DNA of 29,865 bases, the filler included, from an uncultured Rhodopirellula sp. (GTDB lineage: Bacteria > Planctomycetota > Planctomycetia > Pirellulales > Pirellulaceae): the NCBI GenBank assembly GCA_964007735.1. It is 9 parts of 9 records of this genome, joined end to end, with 100 filler letters (N's around TTAATTAATTAA, not from the genome) between each part and the next. Parts side by side here need not be neighbours in the genome. Positions count along the whole stretch, not along the records: positions 1 to 4,032 come from CAXGAI010000118.1; positions 4,133 to 8,102 come from CAXGAI010000119.1; positions 8,203 to 11,937 come from CAXGAI010000120.1; 6 more parts are not named here. One strand, written 5' to 3'. The notes beneath the pieces are model-generated. The model was given only the letters and a program-made list of their open reading frames with translations, did no database searches and had not been told where the DNA came from. Below are positions 1-9,891 of this stretch, piece by piece; positions within the stretch are counted from its first letter, which is position 1, and every line of letters begins with the position of its first letter. Both the position numbers and the translations under genes were made by a program.

Positions 1-2
1 AG

Positions 3-464
3 CTGGAACATAAAATTGGAAACTCAGTCATCACTTGGAAGGAGCAGTATCACCCGGGCAAGTGTTTTGCGTACAGGGTAGATTACAAAGGCAAGTCAGT
101 GGTTTATGCAACAGACAGTGAATATAAAAAACAGGATTCCAAAAATTTTAAATCCACTGTTGATTTTTTTCGGGATGCCGACCTACTGATATTTGATTCT
201 ATGTACACTCTTACCAAAAGTTTGGCAGAAAAAGAAGGTTGGGGACACAGTACTGCTTTTACTGGAATCGATCTCGCCGTAAAGGCCAATGTGAAGCAGA
301 TTGCTTTCTTTCATCATGAACCCACCCACAACGACTTTAAACTGGTGGAGATTTTACATCAAACGAAAAAACACCTAGAAAAGGTAGCCCCTAAACAAAG
401 CCTGAAAATGTTTCTCTCCTACGAAGGCCTTTCGGTCAACCTACTCAGTCCCTCCCCTAAGTAA
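3..464 (+). CDS. MBL-fold metallo-hydrolase, C-terminal part (5' truncated by window edge); candidate cyclic-nucleotide phosphodiesterase
   Basis: Frame is open from nt 3 (LEHKIGNSVITWKEQYHPGKCFAYRVDYKGKSVVYATDSE...). Motifs ADLLIFDSMY, GWGHST and FHHEP match the MBL ORF at 7321-8102. Confidence 0.85.
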   Translation: MEHKIGNSVITWKEQYHPGKCFAYRVDYKGKSVVYATDSEYKKQDSKNFKSTVDFFRDADLLIFDSMYTLTKSLAEKEGWGHSTAFTGIDLAVKANVKQIAFFHHEPTHNDFKLVEILHQTKKHLEKVAPKQSLKMFLSYEGLSVNLLSPSPK

Positions 465-465
465 T

Positions 466-491
466 TCCCTATTCAACTTTAGGGATTTTTT
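466..491 (+). terminator. putative intrinsic terminator
   Basis: TCCCTA-8nt-TAGGGA stem followed by a T-run immediately after the stop at 464. Confidence 0.5.
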
Positions 492-507
492 CTATTTTTA
501 GTGAAAA

Positions 508-516
508 TGCTATAAT
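508..516 (+). promoter_or_regulatory. extended -10 promoter (TGnTATAAT) upstream of the TpsA gene
   Basis: TGCTATAAT is a perfect extended -10 element; no convincing -35. Confidence 0.5.
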
Positions 517-587
517 TTCTCTATTCTTAGCGATTGGGAAGCAACCCGCCGCCAAGAGAGGTTCCCTTAAGACTAGCGGACGAACAA

Positions 588-2885
588 GTGGCCATATCAC
601 TTAAGTTAAATAGATTTCTATTGAAGATAGTTATCTTCATTTTAATTTTCATGGTCGGAGTGTTTCCTGGTCTGGTTTATGCGTTACCGCAGGACGGGGA
701 GATCATCTCCGGAGCTGGAAGTATCAGCAATGACGGTGCGGGCAACCTGACGGTCAATCAAACTTCAGACAAGATTGCGATTAACTGGCAGAGTTTCAGT
801 ATCGGCAGTAACCAATCGGTCATGTTTCTGCAGCCGAGCGCGAGTGCTTCCGCACTGAACAACGTGATTGGTTCTTTGGGAAGCTCGATTCAAGGCACGC
901 TCAATGCCAACGGCCAAGTCATTCTGACCAACCCGAACGGGATTAACATCAACCCGAACGCGAATATTGATGTGGCCAGCCTGATTGCCAGCACCCTCAA
1001 CATTTCCACGCAGGATTTCGTTAACAATCTCTACCGGTTCTCCCAGGACCCGGATCAGGAGTTGGGGTACATCTTAAACGAGGGGACCATCCGTGCCTCG
1101 GACTTTGTCGCTCTTATTGCGCCGGGTGTCGAGAACAAGGGAGTCATGGTTGCCAACCTTGGGACGGCCAGTGCGGTTGCCGGTGAGGAAGTGACCGTGG
1201 ACTTTGTCGGGGACGGGCTGATCAACTTTTCCATTACCAAGGCCGTCGCAGGGACGGTGCTGGACAATGAAGGCAACCCCATCAGTGACCAGATCAACAA
1301 CAGCGGTGCGATCCAGGCCAATGGCGGGCAGGTTATCTTGAGCGCGCTCAGCACCTCGGAGATCATTAAGAATGTGGTGAACAACGAGGGCATGATCGAA
1401 GCTAATACCGTTGTCGAGAAAGACGGCAGGATCATACTGATGGGCGGGGACCAAGGCGTTGTTCGGGTGTCCGGCACACTCGATGCGTCGGGCGATGACA
1501 GTGGAGAAAAAGGAGGTACAGCACATGTTCTGGGCCAAAAAGTTGCCCTGGATGAAGGAAGCCTTGTGGATGTTTCGGGGGACGTTGGAGGCGGGGAAGC
1601 CCTCATCGGCGGCGACTACCAGGGGAACAACGCGCGAATACAGAACGCATGGAGGACCTACGTTAATCAAAGTGCGGTCATCAACGCCAGCGCACCCACA
1701 CAAGGTGACGGCGGCAGGGTCATCGTCTGGGCCGACGATGTCAACCGATTCTACGGCAGCATTAATTCAAGCGGCGGCGCCACCGGCGGCGACGGCGGTT
1801 TTGCCGAGGTCTCCGGTAAGAATTTTCTCGACTTTCAAGGCACCGCCAATCTCTCCTCGCGGTTTGGGTCCCTGGGTACCCTGCTGCTCGATCCGACCAA
1901 CGTAACGATTGAAGATGGAGGCAGTGCGGCTGCTACGGCTGTTGACGCGTTCGCCGATGCAGGCGACGACGTATCAATTGATGCGGACACGCTTGATGCG
2001 GTGGGAGGAAACGTGACGATCCAGGCCACTGATACTATCACCGTTGATGAGGCGATCGCTCTTACGACATCAGGAGCGTCACTGAGCCTTACGACTCAGG
2101 ACAGCATCATAACAATTAATGCGCCTATCAGCACCACCAATGGCGCCGTCAATTTAACCCCGGGGACTTATATCACTGGGGACGCCAACGGTTCGGTCAA
2201 CAGCGGAAGCGCGGAAACGAAAATCGAGTTGTACGACGGGGGTCATATTAGCTTGGGTGATAATGGGGATTGTGAAGAGAACACCTGCACAATGACTCTA
2301 TCTTCGACAAACCTCGCACAGATAACATCCACAGGCCTGACGATTGGCGGTGCTGACACCACAAATATTTATTTAGGCGGTTTGACGGAAGCGGCGACTG
2401 CTAACGTGAGCGGCACGGTCACCCTAAATGCGATAAAACGGGACGAAGAAAGTCAAATTATATTTCAACAAAATCGATATGAGAGCGGTAGCAACGACAG
2501 CAAGATTTACTTCAAGGCACTGACTACAAACTCTACTCATAACACACATCTGGACGGTGATACGACAATCACAGTAGGCGACTTCAATGGCAAAGCAAAT
2601 TACTATGATGACGATTCATTGAACGCCACTTTTCAACTGGGAACCAACATTACCCTTACCATGTCGGGAGGGGGGGATGTCACCTTCACGGGAGATGAAA
2701 TTAGGGAATACGGAACAATAGTAGGTGCAGGAACGTATACGACCAATGGCACGGTTTCTTATATAGACTGGGATTGGGCTTTAAGGCAGGCGATAGATAG
2801 CGCAAATAGAAACGGGTTTCTGGACGAGCTGGACGAAATGGTAACCGATATTATAGGTTCACTCGAGAAGGCGGGAAATTGTTAA
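588..2885 (+). CDS. filamentous haemagglutinin N-terminal domain protein (TpsA-type two-partner secretion exoprotein)
   Basis: Signal peptide ending VYA-LPQ; TPS motifs INWQSFSIG, LNANGQVILTNPNGI; Gly/Asn/Thr-rich beta-helix repeats, GGFAEVSG and GTLLLDP. Start uncertain (TTG 534, GTG 588 or ATG 651). Confidence 0.9.
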   Translation: MAISLKLNRFLLKIVIFILIFMVGVFPGLVYALPQDGEIISGAGSISNDGAGNLTVNQTSDKIAINWQSFSIGSNQSVMFLQPSASASALNNVIGSLGSSIQGTLNANGQVILTNPNGININPNANIDVASLIASTLNISTQDFVNNLYRFSQDPDQELGYILNEGTIRASDFVALIAPGVENKGVMVANLGTASAVAGEEVTVDFVGDGLINFSITKAVAGTVLDNEGNPISDQINNSGAIQANGGQVILSALSTSEIIKNVVNNEGMIEANTVVEKDGRIILMGGDQGVVRVSGTLDASGDDSGEKGGTAHVLGQKVALDEGSLVDVSGDVGGGEALIGGDYQGNNARIQNAWRTYVNQSAVINASAPTQGDGGRVIVWADDVNRFYGSINSSGGATGGDGGFAEVSGKNFLDFQGTANLSSRFGSLGTLLLDPTNVTIEDGGSAAATAVDAFADAGDDVSIDADTLDAVGGNVTIQATDTITVDEAIALTTSGASLSLTTQDSIITINAPISTTNGAVNLTPGTYITGDANGSVNSGSAETKIELYDGGHISLGDNGDCEENTCTMTLSSTNLAQITSTGLTIGGADTTNIYLGGLTEAATANVSGTVTLNAIKRDEESQIIFQQNRYESGSNDSKIYFKALTTNSTHNTHLDGDTTITVGDFNGKANYYDDDSLNATFQLGTNITLTMSGGGDVTFTGDEIREYGTIVGAGTYTTNGTVSYIDWDWALRQAIDSANRNGFLDELDEMVTDIIGSLEKAGNC

Positions 2886-2967
2886 TGGGTACGATGTGTC
2901 AACCGTTATAAAAGTCAGGTTCAGCTTGCAGGCGATTCGTAAAAAAATGCTTGATAGCAGCCCAAGC

Positions 2968-4032
2968 TTATTTACTGCAGCTCTCTAGGTCGCTATCCGA
3001 AAAAAACGAGAAGATCTCCTGAAAATCGGCATCGGTTCCAAACTGCTCGATCACACCACTTTCAAACGACTGGAGTGAATCCACGTCAATGTCCATATCA
3101 TCAAATCCAACGCCCCCCGGTAATATACCAAGGGCTTGAGCGGATTCCATACCTCCCAACTGCTGCTGATCCAGAACTTCCATTCCGCCTGCCATGAAAT
3201 CTGCTCTAAATTGTTCTATCGCCTCCGCGGTTCTTGGGATAGGACGCAAACCTCGTTTCTCCCTTCTTTCGTCCTCCATGTCCATTCTTTTTTCCATCTC
3301 CTGTTTTTCTTCAGATGTCATTTCACCAAAAGTCTTTATTTTTCCCTCTCCCTCTTTTTCATCTCCAGCCTCCTTCTCTTTCTCCTCTTTTTCCTTTTCA
3401 CTAGTTTCCTCAACTGAAATTAGTGCGTTTTCACTTCCCCCGGAAAAAGCGAGATCACCCACAACAAAACTCCGGAATGTGGAGAGTTCATTTGCCGACA
3501 GTGGTCTGGGAGGAATGGGTGCAACACCAGCACGAACCACGGTTTTCATCATGGGACCGACATTAACCTGAGTGTCAATGTTCGGGTCACTGCTTTTGAC
3601 TCCCACGGCCCCGGCCTGGTTGGCCAAAAGGGTCCGCTCGTCGGATGCTGCAACATATCCCTGAGTTCCCCGTGCACCAATATTCGCAGTAGGGGTAACA
3701 ATCTTTAAAAATGATTTCTTGTTGTTTTGTGATTTATTTACGATGTACATTGCCAGGCCCCGTTTAACACCAATAATTCCTTGACGGAGCTTGCTTTCTG
3801 GCTGGGTGCGGTAGGCGGTAACAGCGATTTCGGCGCCCGGACCAAGCGCCATCAAACTATTGTCAGAAAACAAAACTTTCAATCGACTTTTTCGGCCGGT
3901 GCGAAATTGGTCTGTGGCATGTACGGGCTGCCTTTTTTTAACGTTTTGCCATGGCTCGAAGGCAACGCGTTTGACTTCCCCTGGTGTTCCCCTTGATGCT
4001 GAGGAATCTTTTCCTACAAAGTATTTAACCGT
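2968..4032 (-). CDS. FecR-domain protein with acidic, charged C-terminal tail (5' truncated at contig end)
   Basis: Frame is open to the contig edge: DQFRTGRKSRLKVLFSDNSLMALG...IVTPTANIGARGTQ is the FecR signature; Glu/Lys-rich tail follows. Confidence 0.8.
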   Translation of the reverse strand, partial: TVKYFVGKDSSASRGTPGEVKRVAFEPWQNVKKRQPVHATDQFRTGRKSRLKVLFSDNSLMALGPGAEIAVTAYRTQPESKLRQGIIGVKRGLAMYIVNKSQNNKKSFLKIVTPTANIGARGTQGYVAASDERTLLANQAGAVGVKSSDPNIDTQVNVGPMMKTVVRAGVAPIPPRPLSANELSTFRSFVVGDLAFSGGSENALISVEETSEKEKEEKEKEAGDEKEGEGKIKTFGEMTSEEKQEMEKRMDMEDERREKRGLRPIPRTAEAIEQFRADFMAGGMEVLDQQQLGGMESAQALGILPGGVGFDDMDIDVDSLQSFESGVIEQFGTDADFQEIFSFFSDSDLESCSK

Positions 4033-4132
4033 NNNNNNNNNNNNNNNNNNNNNNNNNNNNNNNNNNNNNNNNNNNNTTAATTAATTAANNNNNNNNNNNN
4101 NNNNNNNNNNNNNNNNNNNNNNNNNNNNNNNN
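4033..4132. other. artificial contig linker
   Basis: 44 N + TTAATTAATTAA (stops in all six frames) + 44 N. Confidence 0.99.
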
Positions 4133-4340
4133 CACGCAAGCTCGTCGCTGTGTTTTTAAGCTGAAGGATCTCATCAGCCGAGTGTTGAACAGCCTGCTGA
4201 ACAGCAGCATTACGATTGAATTCTTGATCCTCGAGTTTTCCTCGAAGCACGAAAAGGGTGTCTTTCAGATGCCTTACTTCTAGTTGGGCATCGTGGAGGC
4301 TCTCATTATCGTTAAGGGAGATGCTACTCGCCTCAGCCAT
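4133..4340 (-). CDS. coiled-coil repeat hypothetical protein (3' truncated)
   Basis: ATG at 4340 with GAAGG upstream; 36-aa internal repeat EVRHLKDTLFVLR / EILQLKNTATSLR. Confidence 0.6.
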
Positions 4341-4695
4341 TCTAACCTTCAATATCCAGTCTAAAGTTCAGATATTATTTGGTTTTTGGGTGATATTTCA
4401 ACCCGGATTCCGAAGATAAAATTCCGTTCACCCATGATTTGGACCAGGAAACCCAATAATCTGCGTCATTAGCGAGCAAATTTACTCCTTAAGAGCACAG
4501 TTGCATCAAAGTCCGCCATTCACATTTTATTTGAGTATCTAAGTCTTGGATAAAACCGCAGAAAATGATCGATAAGCATACTATTTGTTAGAACATCTGC
4601 ATCTATCTAAGAATCACGAACAATATGCCATTAGATAGGCATCAATTTAATACAGGGACGAAGAACGGTGTGTTGGTATCGGATTCCTGTGTTTA

Positions 4696-7023
4696 TTACT
4701 TGGTTGTTGCAATAAAGACACCATCCCACTCTTCTCCTGGTGCCACTGGAGGCGCGTTTTTGTATTCATTGCAACGTTCCTCATAAAGATCATAAAAACC
4801 AGCAATTTCAAAAGGTGCAGTTTCAGTAAATCGACGACACTCATCAGCTTTTACGATAGCTTCATCCCACCTCTGATCTCGATATAATTCGAGTAACCCA
4901 TCATGCTTAGGTTTTAACTCGTTGAAGAAATCTGACGTTTTCATTTCTGCATCGCCCAATAATGCAAAAATTCTTACTGCCTCTGTCTTACCCTTAACTT
5001 GAATTAAATCAAGTTCCAGTGTTGCAAGATCAGGCACTTGTTCAGCGGTACTTGGCCCAAGCACAATCCTGACACCATAGCCTTTGCTCTGCCCCTCAAG
5101 CCGCGCAGCTAAGTTCACTGCATCACCGAGTACCGAGTAATCGAACCGCTGGTCCGAACCCATGTTACCGACAACACAAGGACCAGAATTAAGACCCAAG
5201 CCAACCTTCAGATCCAAATGTTTGCGTCCTTCCTCTTTTGCCTCTTGTTCAAGGCGTTCATTAAGTGGATCCATTTCGGCTAGCATGGCAAGAGCAGACA
5301 AACAGCCATTACGCGCATGGTTCTCATCATCCAGCGGCGCATTCCAGAAAGCCATTATGCAATCGCCCATGTATTTATCAACGGTCCCCTGACGGGCCAT
5401 GATTTGATTGGTAAGAGGAGTGAGAAGTTTATTGATGAGAGCTGTAAGACCCTGAGGATCAAACAGCTCAGAAATCGGCGTGAAGCCACGAACATCACAG
5501 AAAAGGAGGGTAAGTTCTCGTTCTTCCCCTCCCAGTTTCAATTCTTCGGGGTTTTCGGCAACGCGCGAAACCATATCTGGAGATAAATATTTAGAAAATG
5601 CGGCACGAGTTTGCTTTTTCTGAGCTTCTTCCCTTGCGTAACTCGTGTACGTAAGGACCATATATATCGAAGTTAAAGTCAATATCGCAGCACTAGCATC
5701 CAGCAATATGCGCTCATTGGCGAATAAGTGCCACGAGTACCCACCGGCAAATACGACCGCACTCACGAAAACTATGGCTGTCCATTTCGCACCGATCCAA
5801 GGGATCAAAATCACTAAAATAAGCCCTGTAAGAAAGATAAACATGACCTCTGCTACATCAAAATAGCCGGGACGCTCGAGGTAACTTCCTTGCACGGCGT
5901 TCTCAACTACTTGCGCATGCACCTCAACTCCGGGCATCAAAGGCTCAGTAGGTACGGCTTTAATATCTTTCAGGCCAACAGCCGAGGTCCCAACAATTGT
6001 CATTTTTCCTTTCAAAAGATCCGGGGCTACTGTTCCTTCCAGGATATCGATCGCGGGGACATATTTTGCCGAATCCATTTCTGAGAAATAGGGCCAAATC
6101 AGACCATTTTTATCAGTTCTAATTTTAAGTTTCTTATCAACCCTTACTTCTTTCACGCCAGCCATATCGGTCGTTACAATCATAGATGATCGTGGCTTGC
6201 GTTTTTTACTCGTGAGGTAGGTATTCACTCTCAACATTTCCGGGCCCATACCGGGATAAATGATCTGACACTTTCTCTTTTTCTTCTTCTCGGTTATGCC
6301 AATTTCGTCACAAAAATCATGAACAAAGAATGCAGGCACCTTACGAATCATGCCATCTCGGTCGGGTATAACGTTAAAAAGCCCGACACCACCGTATTTC
6401 TTGAATATCTTTCCTTTTTCAAGAGCGGGGATATTTTTTGTCATGTACGGGAATCTTGGCAGGAAAGTTCTTGCGTCCAAAGCCCCCTTCTTCCTCTGCT
6501 CCATTACCCGCTTTTTTAGCGGCTTAGTACTTTTCTGCCCCATTACTTGTTGGTTTCTACCAGCCTGACCCAAGACGACTGGGAATTTATTAATTTCACC
6601 AGACAGGATACTATCATTACTTTGGAGCGCCATAATTTTAGAACGCGTGTCTTCATCTATTCCAAATAATGATCCAGCTATGTTTTGAGGATTTAACCTA
6701 TCTTCCTCAGCGAACACCATATCGAAAGCAATCAATGAAGCCCCATAATTTCGGGTCTTCTCGATTAGCTCAGCAATTTTTGTTCTTGGCCACGGCCATT
6801 GGCCAATCTTTGTGAGTGAAGCCTCATCAATATCGATAATCATTACGGGCTTATCTTTGAGCTCAGGAATGGGACGAGGCTTCAACTGATGATAATAATC
6901 AAAGACCTTTAATTTAAGAAAATCAACAGGATATGGGTTGGCCCACTTCAAGGCGACGAAAACCGCAAGCATTGAATAGCCGATCAAACGATCGATTGAA
7001 AACATCGCTCGTAAAAAACGCAT
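4696..7023 (-). CDS. CHASE2-domain class III adenylate cyclase
   Basis: CHASE2 motifs IIDIDEASL, GQWPWPR, PDRDGMIRKVP, GVEVHAQ; three TM helices; cyclase motifs LFCDVRGFT, DKYMGDCIMAFW (Lys implies ATP specificity), GDAVNLAARLEG; strong SD GGGAGGGG. Confidence 0.95.
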   Translation of the reverse strand: MRFLRAMFSIDRLIGYSMLAVFVALKWANPYPVDFLKLKVFDYYHQLKPRPIPELKDKPVMIIDIDEASLTKIGQWPWPRTKIAELIEKTRNYGASLIAFDMVFAEEDRLNPQNIAGSLFGIDEDTRSKIMALQSNDSILSGEINKFPVVLGQAGRNQQVMGQKSTKPLKKRVMEQRKKGALDARTFLPRFPYMTKNIPALEKGKIFKKYGGVGLFNVIPDRDGMIRKVPAFFVHDFCDEIGITEKKKKRKCQIIYPGMGPEMLRVNTYLTSKKRKPRSSMIVTTDMAGVKEVRVDKKLKIRTDKNGLIWPYFSEMDSAKYVPAIDILEGTVAPDLLKGKMTIVGTSAVGLKDIKAVPTEPLMPGVEVHAQVVENAVQGSYLERPGYFDVAEVMFIFLTGLILVILIPWIGAKWTAIVFVSAVVFAGGYSWHLFANERILLDASAAILTLTSIYMVLTYTSYAREEAQKKQTRAAFSKYLSPDMVSRVAENPEELKLGGEERELTLLFCDVRGFTPISELFDPQGLTALINKLLTPLTNQIMARQGTVDKYMGDCIMAFWNAPLDDENHARNGCLSALAMLAEMDPLNERLEQEAKEEGRKHLDLKVGLGLNSGPCVVGNMGSDQRFDYSVLGDAVNLAARLEGQSKGYGVRIVLGPSTAEQVPDLATLELDLIQVKGKTEAVRIFALLGDAEMKTSDFFNELKPKHDGLLELYRDQRWDEAIVKADECRRFTETAPFEIAGFYDLYEERCNEYKNAPPVAPGEEWDGVFIATTK

Positions 7024-7320
7024 TTCCCCTCCCTAAAGACCTAGGTTTATCCGTGCGGTCGTATGACTACCAAATTCTAGGAATTCCAAACATAGTAACA
7101 AATTAATCTTTCGCCCAGATCCTAATGATATCAGAAAACAAGAACTTAAGCACTGAATTGTACACCGCTCATCAGAATCACGGTCAAGTTAGAACCCCAA
7201 AACGAAAAAACACAAGAAAACTGTGATGGTAGCTGCCAACACCATACTTAGTGCATCAGTTTATTAACATCCGTCGCCAAATTCAGACGTAATTCGTCAT
7301 TAAATTAGAAGCTCCGCGCC

Positions 7321-8102
7321 CTAATCCAGCACGACTTCCTCACCTTCAATGCATACAAAGGAGTTTTCCATCGCCAACCTCGACTCCTCTGCCACTTTGT
7401 CCATAAAGTCGTCGGTATGATCCGGATCGTGATGGAATATAGCGAGTTGACCAACATTCGCCATATTACACAGCCGCATTCCCTCGTTCCATGTGGAATG
7501 TCCCCAGCCAACTTTTTCAGGAAATTCGTCCTCAGTGTACGTACTATCATATATAACCAAATCGGCACCTTCGATCAGGGCGAGAATATTCTGGTCCGGT
7601 TCCCCTGGAACGTGTTCTGTATCGGTGACGTAAACGACCGAGTTGCCGTCATAGTCTACGCGATAAGCTGTTGCACCGTTGGGGTGATTAAGTGGCGCCG
7701 TACGGACCGTTACATCGCCCCATATATCCAGATCCTCACCGGCATCAAAATCTTCGAAGGTCAGATTGGCCTGCATTGCCTCTAACGGCACCGGAAACAT
7801 GGGATTGTGCATCTGTGCAGACAGTACGTTCTTGACACCACCTTGATCCTTTAAATGTCCTGCTTTGATGGCAATCGAACGTTTTGGGTCATAGGCGGGA
7901 ACGAAAAACGGAAATCCGTTGATGTGATCCCAATGGGTATGAGTCAAAAGCAAATGAGTGTGATGGATATCACGTTCGAGAACTACTTTGGAAAAGTTCC
8001 GAATACCAGTGCCCGCATCCATTACGAACGTATGATCTCCGGCCTGCACCTCGATGCAGCTAGTATTTCCCCCGTATTTCATGTGATCCGGTGACGCACA
8101 CG
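7321..8102 (-). CDS. MBL-fold metallo-hydrolase, candidate cAMP phosphodiesterase (5' truncated)
   Basis: Frame is open to the contig edge (CASPDHMKYGGNTSC); DAGTG, THTHWDH (HxHxDH), GWGHST, FHHDP; co-oriented upstream of the cyclase. Confidence 0.9.
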
Positions 8103-8202
8103 NNNNNNNNNNNNNNNNNNNNNNNNNNNNNNNNNNNNNNNNNNNNTTAATTAATTAANNNNNNNNNNNNNNNNNNNNNNNNNNNNNNNNNNNNNNNNNN
8201 NN
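8103..8202. other. artificial contig linker
   Basis: 44 N + TTAATTAATTAA + 44 N. Confidence 0.99.
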
Positions 8203-8383
8203 CCAGATTTGGCGTCTTTACTAGGGGATGCCCGTACGCTCCGAGATCACAGTTCATATCGTCGGCGGCAATAAACAGGACATTCGGTCTCTCGACCGCG
8301 AATGAGACTGAGACACTGAGGATAAAAACGCCTGCGTGAAGGCACATCGCTACAGCGACAAACAACTGTGGTTTAATGGTCAC
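8203..8383 (-). CDS. sulfatase, N-terminal fragment (3' truncated)
   Basis: GTG at 8383 with GAGGG SD; signal peptide, then [11 protein letters not shown]...[13 protein letters not shown]. Confidence 0.85.
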
Positions 8384-8427
8384 GTGGTATCCCTCAGATT
8401 TTGGGGCATGGACTGAATTTCGGTCGG

Positions 8428-9846
8428 TCATTTTTCGTGCCAATCGGGATTTGGTTTTGGGGCATTCGCGCCAATGGACTCTCTCCATTGGTCCAGCTGC
8501 TGTTTCAGCTCTTTGGCTCGCATGGGGTATGTCGTCGCGAGATCCGCACGTTCACTTCTGTCTTTTGCGAGATCGAATAGTTCGACGCGATCATCTTCGT
8601 AATAGTGGATCAGCTTCCAGTTCCCGTCACGAACGGCACTAGCTGGCGTCATACGTGGATAGTAATGGGGATAGTGCCAAAACAGCGCTCTGGACGGCAA
8701 TTTCTGCTGCTCACCCTTAATCAGAGGGAGCAGGTTGACGCCGTCGTTCTGCGGGATGTCAGCACCCTGTACTCCAATCTCGCTGGCTAGGGTCGAATAG
8801 AAGTCCTGCGACAGTACCGGCTCATTGCAGACGCTTCCGGCTTGAGTAACACCAGGCCAATGAATCATAAGGGGTACGCGAATACCTCCTTCGTAAAGGG
8901 TTCCCTTGCCGGAACGCCACGGGCTATTGCTGGTTGGTGGAGCTCCCGCTGATTTTCCCGACGGAAAGTCCACTCCGCCATTATCGCTGGTGAGGATCAC
9001 GATTGTGTCGCGGTCAAGTTCCAGTTGCCGTAGCGTGTCGAGAAGACGACCGATATTCTCGTCAAGGCTAGCCAGCATGGCCGCATAGACGGCGTGCTTA
9101 TGAATCACCCCGGGATGTTTGTCTTTATAGTGGGCAATTACTTCCTGTTTCGCCTCAATCGGTGTATGAACTGTGTGGTACCACAAACTTACAAAGAAGG
9201 GGCGTTCCTTCCGCTCCTTGATTAACTGGATCGCGTGATCGGTCAGTTTATCTGTCAAATAGTCGCCTGGCTTTCCTGTGCCGACGGGAACATATCGTAA
9301 TTCCGGATCGGACTTCGACCAGGCTCCACGATACGGATAGAAAAATGTGCTGGGAGCACCCCAGTACGTCCCGCCGATGTTGATGTCAAAGCCATGATTC
9401 TCAGGATAGTACGCCGCCCGACCGAGATGCCACTTACCAATGTGAGCCGTAAAATAACTCTGCTGTTTGAAGAGCTCGGCAATGGTGACCTCCGTGCGCG
9501 GAAGATCGGGATTGGCGACCGCGTTCAACAGCCTGCGATTCTTTGGCCCGCCTGCAAGAGCACCTTCGTGCCATATCGTCATATCCAGACGAGCTGGATG
9601 TTTGCCGGTCATGATAGCTGCTCGCGTTGGCGAACAGACAGGCGAGGCTGCGTAAGCTTGCGTGAAGCGGAGCGAAGTCCTGGCGAACTGATCGATATTG
9701 GGAGTCTCGTAGAAATCACTCCCCTGGACTCCAGCGTCGCGCCATCCCCAATCGTCAACAAGAATGAACAGAACGTTAGGCGTACTTGCGAGTGCGACCT
9801 GCTGAGAAATGCAGATTAAAACCAGCGTTAAAGGTAGAACTTTCAT
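8428..9846 (-). CDS. Cys-type (formylglycine-dependent) sulfatase, secreted
   Basis: [21 protein letters not shown] (CxPxR), [24 protein letters not shown]; signal peptide. Confidence 0.95.
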   Translation of the reverse strand: MKVLPLTLVLICISQQVALASTPNVLFILVDDWGWRDAGVQGSDFYETPNIDQFARTSLRFTQAYAASPVCSPTRAAIMTGKHPARLDMTIWHEGALAGGPKNRRLLNAVANPDLPRTEVTIAELFKQQSYFTAHIGKWHLGRAAYYPENHGFDINIGGTYWGAPSTFFYPYRGAWSKSDPELRYVPVGTGKPGDYLTDKLTDHAIQLIKERKERPFFVSLWYHTVHTPIEAKQEVIAHYKDKHPGVIHKHAVYAAMLASLDENIGRLLDTLRQLELDRDTIVILTSDNGGVDFPSGKSAGAPPTSNSPWRSGKGTLYEGGIRVPLMIHWPGVTQAGSVCNEPVLSQDFYSTLASEIGVQGADIPQNDGVNLLPLIKGEQQKLPSRALFWHYPHYYPRMTPASAVRDGNWKLIHYYEDDRVELFDLAKDRSERADLATTYPMRAKELKQQLDQWRESIGANAPKPNPDWHEK

Positions 9847-9891
9847 GGTATCTCTTCGGAAGAAGCCTTCAGGTCCGGACAGAATACAGGC

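Noticed and set aside
534..590. Possible riboswitch in the TpsA leader (GGGAA...TTCCC pairing)
   Set aside because: Only a weak stem; no c-di-GMP or other riboswitch consensus recognised.
1055..2041. Alternative-frame and antisense ORFs inside the TpsA gene, and similar shadows in other genes
   Set aside because: They overlap well-supported genes and have no recognisable motifs.
7222..7237. CRP-like site upstream of the cyclase
   Set aside because: Only the TGTGA half-site is present; no TCACA counterpart.
8384..8488. N-terminal extension of the sulfatase fragment in the ORF track
   Set aside because: Overlaps the upstream sulfatase; GTG 8383 has an SD and gives a proper signal peptide.
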